A stretch of 64,000 bases of DNA from a virus (IMGVR_UViG_3300008259_000147:14656-78655); one strand, 5' to 3'. Positions 9,949-20,804 are shown, counted from the first letter of the stretch. Notes: generated from the letters alone by a model not told the origin. Numbers and translations: made by a program.

Positions 9949-12900
9949 TTATCTTTTACAGATGAAGTCTTTAAATAAAGAATCATCATCATATGGATTT
10001 TGTTTAGTTTTTTGTTTCTTAGATGCTTTTAAATCTTTTGGATTTAACTGAGCCATATCAATAGCTTTGTCTATATCAGGTGCTGTAAATAGATTAGCAG
10101 CAGGAAGTAGCTCTTCCATTTTAACAGCCACTTCTTTTCTATGCTTTTCTATTTGATCTTTTGCATTATCAACAGCTTCTACTATTCCTGTCTTTTTTGT
10201 TTTTGAAACACCTCTAGTACCTCTAGTACCTTGTTTTGGTCCTTTGGTTGTAGATTTTCCAGAGCCATCAGCAGTTTTATCTTTTGCTTTGCTAGACTTT
10301 GTTGCTTTTCGTTTTGGTTTGGTAATGATTTGTTCTCCATATTTTCTATTAATAGGATTTATAATGTGCTTACTAATATAGTCAATTGCATTAACAACAT
10401 ATACACTTTGTTCTATTTTTTGAAGTTTTTCATAAGTGTCTTGAGCCCATGCTGATAACTTCTTAATTTCTTCTTCTGATAATTGATTTCTTGTTTTATT
10501 GTTAAAGTACTTGTCATAGATATCTGCAACATCATCAGGCATTGCATCAATCATATCATTAACTATATTCTTAGTAATCTGACCTTTAGATCTAAGTTTA
10601 ACTCTAACTGTCTCTGCAGGAGTAATGCTTTCTAAAACTTTATTTGCTTCATCTAGTGTTTCTTGTGTAACATTTACACCATTTTGAATTCTAGAAATTC
10701 TTGCAGTATTTACTAAAAAAGCAACTTTACTATCAGGATTTCTTTTAGCTTCTTCAATTGTCAAAAATACAGTATTTCCATCTTGATCTGTATATGTTAT
10801 GCCTAAGAAACTACCTTTCTCATCTTCTTGTATTGTGTATTCTCTACCATCAATTCGAAGAGTACTTTCTGAAATATACTCAACTGTATGTCTATTAATG
10901 GTTTGGCTATTAGGATTAACTCCTGTAATAGTTTGTTCTTCTTCAGCTAATCCATCTTCAATAAGTTCAAGACCAACAATATCATCTAATATCAAATCAT
11001 TAGACTTATCAACCATTTCAAGTCGCCCTGTTTGTTCATTTGTTTCCCATATAAATGATGTAGACCCATAAGAATTATCCTCACCTATTTCAATGATGTC
11101 TTCTGTACTATCTAACTGAATGTAAAAACCTTTTTCATTACGCTGTAATGTTCCTTTTCTACCTTGGTATATTACTTGCTTACCTACTAGATTCTTAAGT
11201 TTCTTTACTTCATTTGCAATTACTTGATGTTCTTCAGTTGATTCAGGAGTTTCTGTTGTACCAGCTTCTTTATCATATAGAGCTTGTTCATAGTTCTCTA
11301 TAAAGAAAAACAAATCATCGGTACTCATATCAAATAGTTTGAAACCTTCTTTGTCTTTAAAAAAGTTTTCAATTTGTTCATCAGGAATTAAATGACTAAT
11401 TTGCTTATTACCATCTGCATCTTTATAAACTCTTTGAAGCTCTCCTAAAAAATTACCATCATCATCTTGCTTTGCTTCGTAATGATCTGATAAGAATTCA
11501 ACAGCTTCTTCTTCAGTCATTAATCTAATATTAACAGGAGCTGATGCAAGCATATTAAATGCTTCTTTTTGTAAATTTAAAAAGGCTGCTTCTGCTTCTT
11601 TCTTTTTTACTTCAGATTGTTCTACTTGTTCATCATTGAAATCATTGATCATTTTATTAATTCTTTCTAAATGATCATATAACTTTTTACTAGTTTCAAT
11701 AGATGTAAAAGGTGAACGAGCTATCTTTAATAACTCATCCATGTCATTAGGATTATTGTTTACATATCTTTCAAAGATCCCACTCATCTTTGCAAGCTCA
11801 GTGTACTTATCATGCATCAATCTTGCAAATGCACCAACCCTGGCATCTTCAAAAGAATGCATTAGTTTCAATGAGTTCTTAGGATCTGCTAGAAGATTTA
11901 CAGAATACATATATTCTTTATAGTCTCTGTTCAATCTTTGATAATCATTGATGTCTTGAAGAATATTAGTTATCTCTGTTTTAGAAACTACAGTTTTTAT
12001 ATTATTTTGTTTGTTCTTAATTGTATAATATTCAGCAAGAATACCTGATAAGTTATCTTGTTCTTCTGCTGTTAAAGTTGTAAAATCTAAAGGAAGAGAA
12101 ACCTCTTGAGTTTCCTCTTGATTATTTTCTTCATTTATTGAAGTTTGCTCTTCTATTTTATAAGCTGCTGCATTCCATTTCTTTAGTACTTCTAATTCTT
12201 TTTTCTTTAACTCAATTAGATTAAGAGTCTCCTTTGTTTTAACTCCTTCTATTTCTTCTAATGTTTTTATTTCATTATTTAATATGCTAACTTGTACTTC
12301 CCCTAATTGATAATCCGTAATAGTATTGAAAGTACTTGTTGCAGCATTACCTATTGATTTATTTTTTTCAGAAATATTTCTAGCAATTTCACCAGCTCTT
12401 GTCAGACTATTTTCTGCTTTAGCTTCATTAAATGCTATATTATGAATAGCATCTTGTAAAGCAGCTACAGAAAAACTATATCTTTGTTTTGCATGAGGAT
12501 CAGTTCCAACATTTTCTATTGTAAAATACTGACCAAATTGATTATTATATTTGTCATATAATTCTGAATATCTTTCTAATTTTCCAGTTAGATCTGACAT
12601 AAATTCTGCAGGAGAACTTTTTCCAAATTCTTCTACATCAATACCAGTAGCTTCTTTAAATTCTTTAGGATCATATTCAGTTCCATATGCATTTAAAAAA
12701 GTTTTGAATGCATCAAAGGTTCCTGTTCTCTTTGCATAAAGAGCTTGAGTTATAATTGCAGAAGAGCTGTTGTTAAAGTATTCATATTTTAAACCACTCT
12801 TTGCAGCATCTGTCATTGCAGAATTAAAAGATAATTGAGACTTAATATTTCTAATAGGCTCTTCTAATACTGAAGAAGGTTTTGAACCTAACACATTCAA

Positions 12901-14616
12901 GCTTTCTAACATCTTATTTAGTTGCTCTCTGTGCTCTTTAGATTCATTAAGTCTTGTTGACACTCTTTCCATAGTTCCTGTGATAGGACTAATGAATAAC
13001 CCTGTCATTGCACCTTGTAAAAAAGTAGCCCACCCTTTTTCAGAAACTTGATCATCAACTGCTGCTTTAAAATCATCACTCCAAGTAGATACTTTACCAT
13101 CATAAATATCTTTATAATGCTTTCTTAAAGAGAAATTAATCCCATCTTGAATATTCTCTTGTAAACCTTCTAGTAATTGAATTTTACCCAAGCCTCTAGC
13201 AAAGTCTTTACCTACTTGTTTTGCAACAGCTTTTGATCCAAACAATTTATAGATATCTCCTGCATCTGAAAATGCTCCTAAAAATTTTCTCTTGTATGTT
13301 TTGAATATAGCTTTCTCACCAACTCCTGCAGTAATCCCATAAAACTTACCAGCATCATTAGCAATAAGATTTAAGAATTTAGAATCAGCTCCAAACTTTC
13401 TAAAGAAATTACCAAATGCTATCTTATTCATTATTGCTAATACAACAGCATTTCTACCAAAATCTTTTGTAGCTCCTTCTAAAGCATTCTGTCTAAATAA
13501 TTGTTTAGTAGCTTCATCAGGATCATTGTTATCATTTTTTTCTTTATATGAGCTAATAGCATCTTCGTATATATCTGCATATGTACCACCACCTTCTGTA
13601 GCTGCTTCTGACACTGCAAAATTATATTCTTGATAACCTCTTGCTAAACCACCTACACCAATTCTAGCAATTTCTGCTTCTGTAAATGCAGCTACTCCCA
13701 TAGTAGCTCTTGCCGCATTTGCTTTTTGAATTAAAGAACCTGCTTCTATAACACTTCCTACAATTGGAATATGCTTTCCAGCATTTGCAAATTTTTCAAA
13801 TAATGTCTTCTGACCTAGTCTGCCAGTATTTTCTGTAATCATTCTTTCAGCAGACTCTTTTAATGCTTTTTCTTTAGCTGCTGTACTTATGACATTTGTA
13901 GTTTCTCCTATTTCTGCTGCGACAGTTGCAGATCTAGCTGCAGCACTTCCTTGAAATAGTTTAGATAAGTTTCCAAATTTTTTAAATAAAAAAACATCTT
14001 GTGCAAATCCTGCCATTGTACCTAAAGTAAAACCAGCATTTTGAAAAGCAGATGACAAAAATTGTCTTGTAAAAATATCATGTTGACCTACTCCTTCAGG
14101 ATAGTATATAGGATTATCTAAAGCTGTTTTTTCTTGTTCTTTTCCAATTGCAGCAAACTCAGCTTCTGTCTTACCCAAGTAACTTGTATCAAAGTGATAC
14201 ATTGCTCTTAGTAATCTAGGAAATCCTGTATTGTATTCTCCATATGCTGCTATGCCATTATCAAGCATACCAGATATACCCGTTTTTAAAGCATCTAACT
14301 TTGACCAATTATCTGCTGCAACTTTTTCATTATCAGCTAGAGGATTCATGAAAGGAGCATATTCAGCACTAGGCCTATATCTCTTTAAATCATCAGGATT
14401 ATAATATTGAGTAGTTGGTGCAGATGGGCCTGGAATAAATACTTTACCACTGTGCAGAGTCTTTCTAAAAATATCATTGTCATCAAGTGGATTAGGATTT
14501 GATACTCCTAGTTGTCCACTTGCAATTGTATTTGTTATTTGACTACTTGAAGACATTAAAGGGTCTGATGATTCAAAACCAAAATCCCCAGGTTTAACAC
14601 CTAATATTTTTTCCAT
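9949..14616 (-). CDS. Large ejected/cargo protein (1555 aa) of the vRNAP-associated triad
   Basis: Lies directly upstream of the vRNAP. The N-terminal half has Gly/Ala-rich hydrophobic segments (NAGFTLGTMAG, EAATEGGG, EGLQENIQ, FLQGAMTGLFI) typical of podophage ejection proteins; the C-terminal half is charged and helical. Confidence 0.65.
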   Translation of the reverse strand: MEKILGVKPGDFGFESSDPLMSSSSQITNTIASGQLGVSNPNPLDDNDIFRKTLHSGKVFIPGPSAPTTQYYNPDDLKRYRPSAEYAPFMNPLADNEKVAADNWSKLDALKTGISGMLDNGIAAYGEYNTGFPRLLRAMYHFDTSYLGKTEAEFAAIGKEQEKTALDNPIYYPEGVGQHDIFTRQFLSSAFQNAGFTLGTMAGFAQDVFLFKKFGNLSKLFQGSAAARSATVAAEIGETTNVISTAAKEKALKESAERMITENTGRLGQKTLFEKFANAGKHIPIVGSVIEAGSLIQKANAARATMGVAAFTEAEIARIGVGGLARGYQEYNFAVSEAATEGGGTYADIYEDAISSYKEKNDNNDPDEATKQLFRQNALEGATKDFGRNAVVLAIMNKIAFGNFFRKFGADSKFLNLIANDAGKFYGITAGVGEKAIFKTYKRKFLGAFSDAGDIYKLFGSKAVAKQVGKDFARGLGKIQLLEGLQENIQDGINFSLRKHYKDIYDGKVSTWSDDFKAAVDDQVSEKGWATFLQGAMTGLFISPITGTMERVSTRLNESKEHREQLNKMLESLNVLGSKPSSVLEEPIRNIKSQLSFNSAMTDAAKSGLKYEYFNNSSSAIITQALYAKRTGTFDAFKTFLNAYGTEYDPKEFKEATGIDVEEFGKSSPAEFMSDLTGKLERYSELYDKYNNQFGQYFTIENVGTDPHAKQRYSFSVAALQDAIHNIAFNEAKAENSLTRAGEIARNISEKNKSIGNAATSTFNTITDYQLGEVQVSILNNEIKTLEEIEGVKTKETLNLIELKKKELEVLKKWNAAAYKIEEQTSINEENNQEETQEVSLPLDFTTLTAEEQDNLSGILAEYYTIKNKQNNIKTVVSKTEITNILQDINDYQRLNRDYKEYMYSVNLLADPKNSLKLMHSFEDARVGAFARLMHDKYTELAKMSGIFERYVNNNPNDMDELLKIARSPFTSIETSKKLYDHLERINKMINDFNDEQVEQSEVKKKEAEAAFLNLQKEAFNMLASAPVNIRLMTEEEAVEFLSDHYEAKQDDDGNFLGELQRVYKDADGNKQISHLIPDEQIENFFKDKEGFKLFDMSTDDLFFFIENYEQALYDKEAGTTETPESTEEHQVIANEVKKLKNLVGKQVIYQGRKGTLQRNEKGFYIQLDSTEDIIEIGEDNSYGSTSFIWETNEQTGRLEMVDKSNDLILDDIVGLELIEDGLAEEEQTITGVNPNSQTINRHTVEYISESTLRIDGREYTIQEDEKGSFLGITYTDQDGNTVFLTIEEAKRNPDSKVAFLVNTARISRIQNGVNVTQETLDEANKVLESITPAETVRVKLRSKGQITKNIVNDMIDAMPDDVADIYDKYFNNKTRNQLSEEEIKKLSAWAQDTYEKLQKIEQSVYVVNAIDYISKHIINPINRKYGEQIITKPKRKATKSSKAKDKTADGSGKSTTKGPKQGTRGTRGVSKTKKTGIVEAVDNAKDQIEKHRKEVAVKMEELLPAANLFTAPDIDKAIDMAQLNPKDLKASKKQKTKQNPYDDDSLFKDFICKR

Positions 14617-14618
14617 TA

Positions 14619-17522
14619 TTAGCTTAACTTTACATAGTTATTTGAATTATTTACCACATTCTGAGCATGTGTTCGCTGATTTTTTTCCATGTCGCTGATA
14701 ATATAATTTTTAACTGTATTTAAAGTTTGCTCTATTAGGCTATTAATTTCTTGGCTTTTTCCAGATTGATTATTTAAATACTCGCCATATGTTATATCTG
14801 CAGGATATTCTTTCCATCTACCTCGTGCTTTTACTCCTACATATAGTTCACTCTTTACTTTATCAAAAGTAATATAACCATCTTCAATTCCATGAGTAAA
14901 CATGTAACTTGGTAAATCTACTTTACTACTTCCTTTAGCTAAACCATCAATAATCCAACTAACAGGTTCACCTGCTTGTCTAAAGTAGTTAGCTACATTT
15001 GATAAATCACCATACACAGGATAGTTATATGTTTTACCTAAGAAAGATGTTTCTCCAGTAGCTCCCCAAATATTATTAGCATCAGATGCACTAACATAAA
15101 AAACAGCACTTGGTTCATCAGCACCACCTAGCAATGGAGTACCATCTTTCTTTGTCTGTAAAGGAACTTCTATTCTAAAATCACCAGTTGGTAATTTTGC
15201 AATATTAAAACTTGGTACAAAGTAATTAGCTAATTGAGCACCTAAATTTCCATACTTAGTTTGCCATTTACGATAATCTTCTATATCTTCTTTACTTCCT
15301 TTGTTTGAACCAATGCCATCTATCTTATAAGCTTTTTGAATTAATTCTCCAATTGCATTATAATTAAAACTTTTAGGGTCGTTTACTATGTTTGCAGTAC
15401 TTGACCTCTCACCAGCTCTATTTTTAAGAGCAGCATAGTTTGGTATAATTCTTTCTAAAAATGCATCTCTTTTTTCTTCAGTAAATGCATAACCACCCAC
15501 AAGAGGTAATCTTGAATACCAAGAATTACTAGCATCTGTTCTAGGAATTGTTCTACCAGTAGGTTTACCATCTTTATCTTTTTCTTCTACCCAATATTCG
15601 GTTGTCTTATAAGATTCAGGTAAGTTTTTAATCATTTCTTCTTCTTTCTTCTTTAAAGAAACATAATCACTAAATGCAAGAGCACCTTGTCGAACTTTAT
15701 CATTTGCTTCTTTATACTTAAGGAAGTCACCTGAATAACTTCTAACTCCTGCAAGAATAGTATTAGGAATATCTGAAGTTGAATTTATCGCATTAATATT
15801 GCCATTAATTAACTTTAAAAAACCTAAAGCAGTGTTATAATCTTTTTTGTATTGATCATTTGCACCTTGAAATGTCTTACTACCAGGTTTACCATATGTA
15901 GCATAGTTTTGCATTACATTCATTAATGCAGATTGAGCAGCTGTGTGCAGATACTTATCAGAATCATGAGTAGCTGCTTGTAAAACAGTTTCATTTAAAT
16001 AACCATCTAATGCTGTTGTCTGAAGATCTGATAATTGATTTTGATACATTTGATTAAGATCTATATCTTGCTCAGCACTTCTTGGTGCACCAGGTGTTAT
16101 TTTTCCAGTACCAAAGTTACCACCACCCCCACCAGATCCACTTCCTCCACCAGCCCCAGCTAATGCTTTTTCAAAATCAAGTCTAGCTTGAAAAGTAGCT
16201 TTGTCTTTATCATTATTTAATTTATAATCTTCTTGTTTTTTAAATATTTCCCAATCTAATTTTTTCTCTTCAATACCATATAAGTAATCTGCATTTTTTC
16301 TTTTTAAATCTAAATCAAAATTATAACCTGCCATGAATTTTTGCCAAGCATGATTTTCATCTTGAAGTACTTTTTGATTTACTTGTATTGAGCGTTCTGC
16401 ATTACTCATTGCATATGTCTGAGCCCATCCTTTAGCTAAACTATCTTTCATTGATGGCAGTAAAGAATACTCAGGATTATTCATAAACTGTTGAAATACA
16501 TTCTGAATCTGTTGGTCTTTATCTGTTTGATTTGAAGCTAAATCAGCTAACTCTGTTTCGTATTTAGTTTTTAACTCAGATAATTGATTATACATTTGCT
16601 CATCTTGACTTCCTTTTGGAACATAGTTCTTATACTTATTTTTAATCTTTTTAAGTTCTATGTCTATGTTAGCTATTCCATCATTTAATCCTTTCTTATA
16701 ATCTTCATGATTTGCATAGATACCTAATGAATTATCTTTAGCAACTTGCTGATAAGCTTGCTCTTTAGTCATGTTAGGATCAGATTGCATTAATGCATCT
16801 ATCTGCTGTCTAACTTTAACTTTACCTGAGACTAAGAATTGTTGATCATATGTATCACCCATTTGCTGTCTAGCCCAATCTGTAAAGTTTGGAATAGCTT
16901 GTCTGCCATTTACATCAGTAACAATATAAGCACCTGTTAATCTATCTTCTTTTATCTGTAGTTTTTGCTTAGCAGCTGCTTCATTCAATACATTTTGAAT
17001 ATTAGCAAAAGGTACAAATTTCTGAGGAGATACTTTAAAGATACTACCATTACCTCTTTTAGCATTTTTCATATCCTGCTCAGCATAACCCATAGCAGCT
17101 TCCATTACAGGGCTATATTGAGAAAATACTTTTTCATCAGTAGATGATCTAACTTGTTCTAATTTAGATCTTTCTGAAGCTTGCATTGATGAAAAATTTA
17201 AATCAGTTACAAATTCTCTATCCTTCACCAATGGCTCCATTAAAGCACTTGCCACAGAAACATTTCCTGGATTAGAAAAATCTACTCCACTAAGATTATT
17301 TAAATACTCGTCTATTTTTTTAAAGTACTCAGATCTAAATTTCTTATTATCATCTGAAGTAATGTTAGCATTAAGTAATGAAGTAATTGTTGATTTATAT
17401 TTATTGAATCCTTCTAGATATCTTCCTTGTACAGATGCTGCTGCTTTAGTAAGCATACTAAAGTCAGGAGCTTCCACACTTACATTTGCTATTACTGAAG
17501 ATGGATTAAATGCTGTTGCCAT
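14619..17522 (-). CDS. Cargo/ejection protein (967 aa), first of the vRNAP-associated triad
   Basis: N-terminal APDFS...LSGVDFSNPGNVSVA...EPL motif resembles crAss-like cargo proteins; coiled coil and a Gly-rich linker; position before the other two giant genes. Confidence 0.6.
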   Translation of the reverse strand: MATAFNPSSVIANVSVEAPDFSMLTKAAASVQGRYLEGFNKYKSTITSLLNANITSDDNKKFRSEYFKKIDEYLNNLSGVDFSNPGNVSVASALMEPLVKDREFVTDLNFSSMQASERSKLEQVRSSTDEKVFSQYSPVMEAAMGYAEQDMKNAKRGNGSIFKVSPQKFVPFANIQNVLNEAAAKQKLQIKEDRLTGAYIVTDVNGRQAIPNFTDWARQQMGDTYDQQFLVSGKVKVRQQIDALMQSDPNMTKEQAYQQVAKDNSLGIYANHEDYKKGLNDGIANIDIELKKIKNKYKNYVPKGSQDEQMYNQLSELKTKYETELADLASNQTDKDQQIQNVFQQFMNNPEYSLLPSMKDSLAKGWAQTYAMSNAERSIQVNQKVLQDENHAWQKFMAGYNFDLDLKRKNADYLYGIEEKKLDWEIFKKQEDYKLNNDKDKATFQARLDFEKALAGAGGGSGSGGGGGNFGTGKITPGAPRSAEQDIDLNQMYQNQLSDLQTTALDGYLNETVLQAATHDSDKYLHTAAQSALMNVMQNYATYGKPGSKTFQGANDQYKKDYNTALGFLKLINGNINAINSTSDIPNTILAGVRSYSGDFLKYKEANDKVRQGALAFSDYVSLKKKEEEMIKNLPESYKTTEYWVEEKDKDGKPTGRTIPRTDASNSWYSRLPLVGGYAFTEEKRDAFLERIIPNYAALKNRAGERSSTANIVNDPKSFNYNAIGELIQKAYKIDGIGSNKGSKEDIEDYRKWQTKYGNLGAQLANYFVPSFNIAKLPTGDFRIEVPLQTKKDGTPLLGGADEPSAVFYVSASDANNIWGATGETSFLGKTYNYPVYGDLSNVANYFRQAGEPVSWIIDGLAKGSSKVDLPSYMFTHGIEDGYITFDKVKSELYVGVKARGRWKEYPADITYGEYLNNQSGKSQEINSLIEQTLNTVKNYIISDMEKNQRTHAQNVVNNSNNYVKLS

Positions 17523-17537
17523 ATTATAATTTTAAAT

Positions 17538-20500
17538 TTATTGTCCAAATGGGCTTAGTATTGCACCACCAGTACCTGTTCCTCTATTGCGTTGGTAAAT
17601 TGAATTAAGATAATTTCTTGCAGCAGTATTTGCAGCATCAATTGCTTCTTTTTTATCTAGGCCATACCCATTAGGGTCTGAATACATTTTGTAATAATAA
17701 TCAAATGCATCATTATAATCAACACCTGATCCACCACCTGTTAAAGGAGTATCATAAATACTTTTCAATGTAGGGTTTACAGCAACACTATATGGTGTTT
17801 GGAACTGATAAGGATACTGTGCATTTATCAACATCTGATTTAATACATTATTATAGCCTTTACCAAAAGCACTTGCAAATCCTGCATCTTTAGCATTTTG
17901 ATTCATTGCGTTTTCTTTAGCAATTGCATTAATGCTATTCATATAATCACTCTTTTCTTTCTCACCCAGCATTGTAAATTGATTAATGTTTTGAACATTA
18001 GCCGCTTGAGTCTTTAAGAATTGATCTGTATTTAATGCTTCTGTTTGTTGTTGAATATCTGAAGCAGCTTTTAATCCTTTTCCAGTAACACCTAATGCAG
18101 AACCTCTTGCTTCAGGACCTGTACCCATTCCTTCAACTGTTTGAGTAACAGCACCTATTGGTTCATAGTTTTCATTTCTATAAACAGGAGACATTAAAGA
18201 AGGATTTGGTAATCCATAGTATGCATGATAATCAGGTATTTTCATACCTGCTGCAGCAATCATAGCAGCTTGATCTGAAGGAAACCATTGACCTAATCCA
18301 TAACCTGTAGGTGATTGAAATCCTGGTTTCCGTGTAGTTATAACTTCTTCTTCTGGTGTTTCTTCTGGATCCTTCTCAGTTTTAGTTTCAACTTTTTTAA
18401 CTTTCTTTTTAATACCTGGTGCAGACCATGTATAAATACCAAACTTTTTATCTTTTTGATATGGGCCTTTTTTATTGACAAAATACTCAGATAAACCATT
18501 GGCCTTTCTCCACTCATTGTATTTATTTTGAAACCATTCTACAGCTTTCTCTCTTGTTGCGTTATCTCTAGATGTAGCATCTGCTCTCCATGAATCAACA
18601 CCACTACCATAATCTTTAAGAATAGTATCATGACGAGTAATAAAGTTGTCTACATCCAATGCTTCTTGTGCATTAGTTTCAGAATTAGTTACTGTATAGT
18701 ACCCTAAATCTGGATCATAATGTTGTGTATCAAATGCTCCAAACTTTTTATTAGGCATTATTACTTCAAAATCATCTGTATTTTGAAGAGCTGTTTCTGG
18801 AATAAGTTGAGTAAATTCTCCAGTATCTGCAAACTTTTGTAATTCACCACCTGTTTTCTTAGGCCATAAATAACTACCTGTTGTATCCTTAGGATGATAA
18901 TTACCACGTCTTATTTTTATTACTTTCTTTTTCTTTTCTGCTGCAGCTTTGGCTGCTGCTTCTGCTCTAGCTTTAGCTTCTGCCTCTGCTTGTGCTTTAG
19001 CAGCTGCTGCTTGTGCTTGTGCTTGTGCTATACTATCTGCAGCTGAATAATTAGTTAGTACTTTATTAGAATCTACTGCTACCTTGTTAGAATCTACCAT
19101 AGGGGTAGTTCTAAACATGCTATCTGCAATATGATATGCTACAGGATCCCTCATCATCTTTTTAATATCATCATTAGATGCTGTAGGATAAAGTTGTTTA
19201 AATATATTAAACATTGCTAAACTATCTGCCTGAGCTTTTGCAAGTTTACCAGTATCAGTAACAGAAGGAACTGTAGGAGTTCCTATAGGATTTGCAGGTA
19301 TGCTTTTACCAGGATTACCAGGTTGAGGTCCACTAAGTAAATCAGTAGTTGCATCTACAATTCCTAATCCACCAGCTAAACCTACCCATGGTAAAACTTT
19401 TTTTAACAAAGGAGATCCTGCATAGATATCTTTTGCTTGTTGCCATCTTGTATATGCTTCTGCAGATGCATTTGCTTGCTCTGCTGTAGCACCAGCTGAC
19501 TCTGCTGCTGCATAAGCAGCTTCATATGCTGCTGCTGCTTCTTCAGATTCTTGAAGCCCTTGCTCTGATGGTCTAGTCCATCTTCTGCCTTTTTTTACAG
19601 CATTGGCTGCAACTTTTTCTGCTTCTGCAGCTGCTTCTGCAGCCTTTGCTGCAGTCTCTGCAGTTTTAGCTGCTTTAGTACCTCTAATTGTATTTAGAGT
19701 CCATTTACCAGCATTCCACACTAGTTTACCAGCTTGTGTTATTCCCCATAAGCCTCCAGTAAGACCTAATACATCTAACATGCCAGCATCACCTGTAGGC
19801 CTTATTTTTGGCACAGCCCCAGATTGCCATGTATCAAGTCTTTGTCCATCAGGAGTTTGCCAATATTCAAATCCAGGTCTTTGTTCATAAGATTGACGAA
19901 AATAATAATCAAGTGGTAACTTACCTTCTACCACCACCTCATCCATCAATGGACTTATGTTGCCTGTAGATTGATCTACAAAATAATTTTGACCTGGTCT
20001 TCTAATGCCTACTGGAATACTTTGATCACCTGGATCATAAAATACTCCTGGATCAGATGGATTAGCTTCTAACTTATAACCTAATCTTCTTTCAAGATCA
20101 TCTAAAGTTTCATATTGGTATTTATGATCACTACCAGACCTTGTCATCCACTTTGTTTCTTCACCATCTTGTGCTCTACGTAGTGTTCCACCTCTTTTCA
20201 TTTTTTGTGGACCTTGTGGGTGTTTAAAATCTGATCCTAACAAAGGCATAGCAATAGCAGGAATTCCATCAGGAAATCCTTTCATACCTTCTTGCACAAG
20301 TGCCAACTGACCCAACTTTTTCATGTTGTTGTCAATCATCAACTGAGCAGTCTTCTTTGTCATTGCATCCGCATTAGGATCATTTAACAATGCTTTATAT
20401 TTATTGAGATCATATCTCTGAGCTACCTTAGCAGGAGTCACTGCTTTACTACTAGACATATTAAAGATACCCTTCAATAAATCTTTATTTTTTATTAAAA

Positions 20501-20804
20501 GACCTCTATAGTCAGAGAATACAAAGCTACCATCTGGAACATTTAATGGTGTACCACCTTGAGAGTGTCTCTTGCCACCAATCTTAGCATGTTCAACCAT
20601 GCCATCATTGTCAAGATCTCCCACCACAGTTTCTCCTCTCTCAGCCTCAATAGTAGCCTCATCTCTTGGTACAGCAGAAAGTGTAGTAGTTACATTATTA
20701 CTTGCTGTTTTATTTTCGTAGTTCCAAATACTACCTGTTACAAGGCCATAGTTGCGCTGGTCTCCCATACTACCACCTCTGACTCTATTAATTTTTACTT
20801 TCAT
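17538..20804 (-). CDS. Multi-module virion protein (1088 aa) with EAERGE/GxxHxxGG N-terminal domain, GG linkers and a membrane/TolA-like module
   Basis: Motifs IEAERGETV...GGKRHSQGGTPLNVPDGSFVFSD; linkers MKRGGTLRRAQDG and KKTGGELQKFADTG; Ala/Lys/Glu-rich helices; two hydrophobic segments. Confidence 0.6.
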   Translation of the reverse strand: MKVKINRVRGGSMGDQRNYGLVTGSIWNYENKTASNNVTTTLSAVPRDEATIEAERGETVVGDLDNDGMVEHAKIGGKRHSQGGTPLNVPDGSFVFSDYRGLLIKNKDLLKGIFNMSSSKAVTPAKVAQRYDLNKYKALLNDPNADAMTKKTAQLMIDNNMKKLGQLALVQEGMKGFPDGIPAIAMPLLGSDFKHPQGPQKMKRGGTLRRAQDGEETKWMTRSGSDHKYQYETLDDLERRLGYKLEANPSDPGVFYDPGDQSIPVGIRRPGQNYFVDQSTGNISPLMDEVVVEGKLPLDYYFRQSYEQRPGFEYWQTPDGQRLDTWQSGAVPKIRPTGDAGMLDVLGLTGGLWGITQAGKLVWNAGKWTLNTIRGTKAAKTAETAAKAAEAAAEAEKVAANAVKKGRRWTRPSEQGLQESEEAAAAYEAAYAAAESAGATAEQANASAEAYTRWQQAKDIYAGSPLLKKVLPWVGLAGGLGIVDATTDLLSGPQPGNPGKSIPANPIGTPTVPSVTDTGKLAKAQADSLAMFNIFKQLYPTASNDDIKKMMRDPVAYHIADSMFRTTPMVDSNKVAVDSNKVLTNYSAADSIAQAQAQAAAAKAQAEAEAKARAEAAAKAAAEKKKKVIKIRRGNYHPKDTTGSYLWPKKTGGELQKFADTGEFTQLIPETALQNTDDFEVIMPNKKFGAFDTQHYDPDLGYYTVTNSETNAQEALDVDNFITRHDTILKDYGSGVDSWRADATSRDNATREKAVEWFQNKYNEWRKANGLSEYFVNKKGPYQKDKKFGIYTWSAPGIKKKVKKVETKTEKDPEETPEEEVITTRKPGFQSPTGYGLGQWFPSDQAAMIAAAGMKIPDYHAYYGLPNPSLMSPVYRNENYEPIGAVTQTVEGMGTGPEARGSALGVTGKGLKAASDIQQQTEALNTDQFLKTQAANVQNINQFTMLGEKEKSDYMNSINAIAKENAMNQNAKDAGFASAFGKGYNNVLNQMLINAQYPYQFQTPYSVAVNPTLKSIYDTPLTGGGSGVDYNDAFDYYYKMYSDPNGYGLDKKEAIDAANTAARNYLNSIYQRNRGTGTGGAILSPFGQ

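Noticed and set aside
16120-16165. GAGGGSGSGGGGGNFG in the 967-aa protein as a GG processing site
   Set aside because: Plain poly-Gly linker lacking the upstream and downstream consensus of the repeated motif.
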